From an uncultured Acetatifactor sp. (lineage in GTDB: Bacteria; Bacillota; Clostridia; Lachnospirales; Lachnospiraceae), in NCBI GenBank assembly GCA_964018205.1, contig CAXHOW010000001.1, forward strand, positions 158,150 through 222,149: a stretch of 64,000 bases of DNA, given 5' to 3'. The notes beneath the pieces are model-generated. The model made no database searches. It was not told the DNA's origin and saw only the letters and a list, made by a program, of their open reading frames with translations. Shown here in pieces: positions 60,876-64,000 of this stretch. Within the stretch, counting starts at the first letter, position 1; each line of letters begins with the position of its first letter. The position numbers and the translations under genes were made by a program.

Positions 60876-63365
60876 TTACCCTTCCAAATATTTCAGAACA
60901 TTCTTAAAGTCCATATCGCTTGCATAATAAAAGCTGGTGTAGCAGGGCTGGTTGTAGCAGTTGTTCTGCCATGCCACGCCGCAGCGATAGGTTGTGTCAT
61001 GCAGCAGGGTAAAGAGCTTATGGTGCGTCAGCTCCGTGTTTGTATAGATCCTGATGGCGCTGCTGTCAGCGGTACGAAGCAGAAGCTCCTCCCTGAAATC
61101 ACCGAAAATATCCGCAATCAGGCAAGGATTCCCCTTGGTTCCGTTGTTGGTGGAGGTTCCTTCCGGATGCAGCATCACCCCATGGGTATTGTCCCCGATG
61201 ACCCCGATATGCTTCTCATGAACATAGTCGACACCGTCCGTCACCTGCGTGGACAGATCCGCCGCCCAGCGTATGCTGGCATTGGTTCCCGGCTGCTTCA
61301 CATCCAGCTTGCTGCCGTTGCAGTCGTACACGCCCACGGCCCAGACCTGAAGCCCTCTCACATCGGGACAGATATCTCCGATCATGCACCTGCCCAGATC
61401 CTTGTTGGCAGGCTCTCCGAAGATCACCTCTCCAGTCTCCCCGTCTCTCAGGGCCCAGCCGTAGGGCACGCTGCTGCCCTCCTCGAACACATTGAATATC
61501 TCCAGCCCCGGCCTGTCGGGATTGATGTTTGCCACATGCATGGAATCCCCGTGGCCCAGATACTGCATCCGGCCGTCCGGCATCAGATCCGCGCTGGAGT
61601 ACAGCACGCTGCCGTCATGGTCGATGGTCGCCGCGCCGTATATGATCTCATGGCAGCCGTCTCCGTCCACATCCGCCACGGAAAGGCTGTGATCCCCCTG
61701 CCCCGCGATGCAGCCGTACACCGGATCCGTGCCGAGCTCGGCATCCTCCGGGCAGCGGGCAAAGGGATTCTTCATGGGCACAAAGCCGCTGTCCACCTTG
61801 AAATACTCCCTGTGCTTCCCTTCAAAGAAATCATATGCCGTGATGGTGGCTCTGGTGTAATAGCCTCTGGCGATGATCAGATACGGCCTCTCCCCGTCCA
61901 GATAGCCCACGCCGGACAAGAACCTGTCCACCCGGTTGCAGGGCTCGATGCGGAACCATGCGTAGTCACCCCACATCAGGCCGTCATCCTCTCTGGGCAC
62001 CGGGAAATAAATCGTCTCCAGCTCCTCGCCTTCTCCTGAGAACATGGTAAGATACTCCGGCCCCTTAAAGATGAAGCCCTCGAACTTGCGCAGCTCGTTC
62101 TTTTCGCTTCTGGCAGGCGCATACACGTCAAGGAAATAATCCGTCAGCTTCCTTGCGTCGGCATCGGACAGAGGATACTCATACTCTTTCCCGATCCCGA
62201 AGCACTCCTCCAGCGTATCCGGCCAGTGGCCGCACTTCACCTCCGGATGCTCCCTCCAGCCCTTGAACAGCTCTACCAGATATTCATAATAATCCTCCGC
62301 AGAGCAGACATAATTATCATTATTGGAATACCCTGCCTTCACATCCTCCTCAGGCATGGTGATATATTTCTCCGAAATCACATTTCCCTTCTCGTCAAAA
62401 CGGGTCATCTTGGTGCCCGGCGCTGTCTTCACGGACATCTCCGCCTTGCCGTCCCCGTCAAAGTCGTATACGATGAACTGGGTATAGTGGGCGCCCGCGC
62501 GGATATTCACTCCCATGTCAAGACGCCACAATAATCTCCCGTCCAGCTTGTAGCAGTCGATATAGCAGTTTCCCGTATACCCCTTATGGGACACGTCATG
62601 GGAATTGGACGGATCCCACTTCACGAAATACTCAAGCTCCCCGTCGCCGTCCACATCGCCTATGCTCATGTCGTTGGCGGAATATTCATAGGCCTGCCCC
62701 GCAGGAGTCACGCCGCCTGCAGGAATCTGCATAGGAATCTCCAGATAATTGGTGCCCGTGTCCCATGCCTTTACTCCGTCGCAGGCTTCAGACTCCTTTC
62801 CCTCTCGGACTGCCGCCACGGAATAGGTATCCTCCGCTCCCCCGTCCCTGTCCAGATAATTGGTGCTGTCCGTGACCAGAGCCAGCTTCTCCCCGTTCCG
62901 GTATACTGCGTAGTCCGTGCCGGTCATGCCGGACTTGTCATATCCGCTGACCTCCTCCAGCAGCATACGCCAGCTTATGTAAATGCCTTCACCAGTCTTT
63001 ACCGCAATGAGGCCTCTGTTCAGCTTTTCCATCTGCTCCTTCAGCCTATAATGTACCGGAGTCTTGAGCATACTGCTCTTTTCCAGCAGCTCCCCGCCTT
63101 TATAAGCCTCCACATACAGATAATGGGGAATATGGGTGGACTTTTTCAGAGTATAGGCACATTCCTTCGTCACCTGCACCTTCTTATGCTTCATACCGGG
63201 AGTATCCGCATCCGCCCAGTATACTCCGTACTCCTCCGCGTCCGCCACAGCGTCCCATTCTATGGTCACAAATTTCTTTTCAATTTCCCTGATCGCCAGA
63301 TTCAACTGTCTGTACCTCCTTATTTCCGGGCACCCGCCCTTGAAACCCGTCTTCCCCGACGGCAT
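60876..63365 (-). CDS. Rhamnogalacturonan lyase, PL11 (YesW/YesX-like) with N-terminal FN3-like domain
   Basis: YEYSANDMSIGDVDGDGELEYFVKWDPSNSHDVSHKGYTGNCYIDCYKLDGRLLWRLDMGVNIRAGAHYTQFIVYDFDGDGKAEM closely mirrors the B. subtilis YesW core (recalled). No signal peptide is evident. Confidence 0.8.
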   Translation of the reverse strand: MPSGKTGFKGGCPEIRRYRQLNLAIREIEKKFVTIEWDAVADAEEYGVYWADADTPGMKHKKVQVTKECAYTLKKSTHIPHYLYVEAYKGGELLEKSSMLKTPVHYRLKEQMEKLNRGLIAVKTGEGIYISWRMLLEEVSGYDKSGMTGTDYAVYRNGEKLALVTDSTNYLDRDGGAEDTYSVAAVREGKESEACDGVKAWDTGTNYLEIPMQIPAGGVTPAGQAYEYSANDMSIGDVDGDGELEYFVKWDPSNSHDVSHKGYTGNCYIDCYKLDGRLLWRLDMGVNIRAGAHYTQFIVYDFDGDGKAEMSVKTAPGTKMTRFDEKGNVISEKYITMPEEDVKAGYSNNDNYVCSAEDYYEYLVELFKGWREHPEVKCGHWPDTLEECFGIGKEYEYPLSDADARKLTDYFLDVYAPARSEKNELRKFEGFIFKGPEYLTMFSGEGEELETIYFPVPREDDGLMWGDYAWFRIEPCNRVDRFLSGVGYLDGERPYLIIARGYYTRATITAYDFFEGKHREYFKVDSGFVPMKNPFARCPEDAELGTDPVYGCIAGQGDHSLSVADVDGDGCHEIIYGAATIDHDGSVLYSSADLMPDGRMQYLGHGDSMHVANINPDRPGLEIFNVFEEGSSVPYGWALRDGETGEVIFGEPANKDLGRCMIGDICPDVRGLQVWAVGVYDCNGSKLDVKQPGTNASIRWAADLSTQVTDGVDYVHEKHIGVIGDNTHGVMLHPEGTSTNNGTKGNPCLIADIFGDFREELLLRTADSSAIRIYTNTELTHHKLFTLLHDTTYRCGVAWQNNCYNQPCYTSFYYASDMDFKNVLKYLEG

Positions 63366-63388
63366 TTCAACAAAAACTCACCGAAAGC

Positions 63389-63417
63389 ATTATATCAAAA
63401 ATCGCTCTGCCTGTAAA
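63389..63417 (-). promoter_or_regulatory. Sigma-A-type promoter candidate for the PL11 lyase gene
   Basis: Minus strand reads TTTACA (63412-63417), 17-nt spacer, TATAAT (63389-63394). It overlaps the terminator hairpin of the upstream RNase gene. Confidence 0.45.
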
Positions 63418-63467
63418 GCCCGCAGACTCCCTGCAGAGCGTTTCCTTGTCCTGTTCCCTTGTCCTCT

Positions 63468-64000
63468 CTACTGCCACTTGTCGCACAGCGAATTGATCTG
63501 GTCGGCAAACCTGGCCATATCCTTGTGGGGCATTCCGTCGCTCCTCTTGACCAGAGAAAGCAGCCTCTGGGCAGCAGCCAGCAGCTTTGCATATACATTG
63601 GAAGCAACACTCTTCGCCTTCTTCCTGATAGGTACCGGCACCGCTTCCGTCACCAGCTGACCTGACAGCAGGTCGAATTCCGTTCCGCTGTAAGGTGCAT
63701 AGGTATGCTGCCCGTACTCTATTTTCAGGCATTCTGCAAAGCCTGTGCAGACGGCGTCTTCCCCGTGTACTATGAAAACCTTCTCAGGCTTCTTCTCGAA
63801 TCCGGTGATCCACTCGATGAGCCCGTTCTTGTCCGCATGGCCGCTCATGCCCACCAGCTTCTTGATCTGGGCACGCACCTGAATGGATTCCCCGAAAAGC
63901 TTCACCTCGTCGATACCGTCCACGATCAGCCGTCCCAGCGTACCCACCGCCTGATAGCCCACGAAAAGAATGGTACATTCCGGCCTCCACAGATTATGCT
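63468..64000 (-). CDS. MBL-fold beta-CASP RNA-metabolising hydrolase (3' part; the gene runs off the window)
   Basis: C-terminal motif GMSGHADKNGLIEW and FIVHGE, typical of beta-CASP RNases. The frame is open to the window edge. Confidence 0.8.
   Translation of the reverse strand, partial: HNLWRPECTILFVGYQAVGTLGRLIVDGIDEVKLFGESIQVRAQIKKLVGMSGHADKNGLIEWITGFEKKPEKVFIVHGEDAVCTGFAECLKIEYGQHTYAPYSGTEFDLLSGQLVTEAVPVPIRKKAKSVASNVYAKLLAAAQRLLSLVKRSDGMPHKDMARFADQINSLCDKWQ

Noticed and set aside
59226-62039. 937-aa plus-strand ORF, the longest in the window
   Set aside because: It is entirely antisense to two well-supported minus-strand genes (the transglutaminase-like gene and the PL11 lyase). Its translation is R/H/L/P/Q-rich with no recognisable motif, so it is a typical shadow ORF.
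63367-63732. 121-aa minus-strand ORF
   Set aside because: It is out of frame with, and mostly overlapping, the beta-CASP RNase gene, whose conserved C-terminal motifs identify the true frame.
1-64000. Search for tRNA, rRNA, tmRNA and group II intron signatures
   Set aside because: I found no T-loop (GGTTCGA/TCGAACC in tRNA context), no rRNA-like segments and no reverse-transcriptase ORF by eye. A tRNAscan or Rfam run would be needed to exclude small RNAs rigorously.

Overview
This is a 64-kb chromosomal window from an endospore-forming Firmicute. Gene content and roughly 50-55% GC suggest a Lachnospiraceae-like Clostridia member, but that is inference only. All family names come from reading the translations and from memory, because no searches were run.

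I support about 55 protein genes, most of them on the minus strand.

Housekeeping blocks:
- rlmD and pcrA.
- fbp, dapB and dapA, with a lysine riboswitch upstream of dapA.
- cobO, an SSB-like gene and typA.
- The conserved nusB-xseA-xseB-ispA-dxs-tlyA-nadK-recN-spoIVB block.
- prfC and deoB.
- A complete spoIIIAA-AH operon.
- A PL11 rhamnogalacturonan lyase, a beta-CASP RNase (partial at the window edge) and two transglutaminase-like paralogs.

Mobile DNA:
- An intact IS1380-family element with 15-bp inverted repeats and a 5-bp target-site duplication.
- An IS1634-family element whose left end is tandemly duplicated.
- An ISL3 transposase remnant inside an AT-rich patchwork of gene fragments next to rlmD.

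I found no rRNA, tRNA or CRISPR array.

Most interesting observations:
1. A dedicated exosortase-family enzyme sits next to a VIT-vWA protein with a PEP-CTERM-like tail. This is unexpected in a Gram-positive spore former, and the cargo gene is split by one in-frame TAA.
2. An unannotated 50-aa CXXC membrane peptide gene lies between a TlpA-like lipoprotein gene and a NapH-like 4Fe-4S membrane protein gene. An ABC exporter and an ankyrin protein flank this group.
3. A small radical-SAM gene is translationally coupled to a YhhQ-type transporter gene, a candidate queuine/preQ1 salvage pair.
4. The usual spoIVB-spo0A and nadK-argR-recN neighbourhoods are broken.
5. There are unusually many perfect short tandem duplications, several of them inside or abutting genes.

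The many long ORFs antisense to well-supported genes are treated as shadow ORFs.
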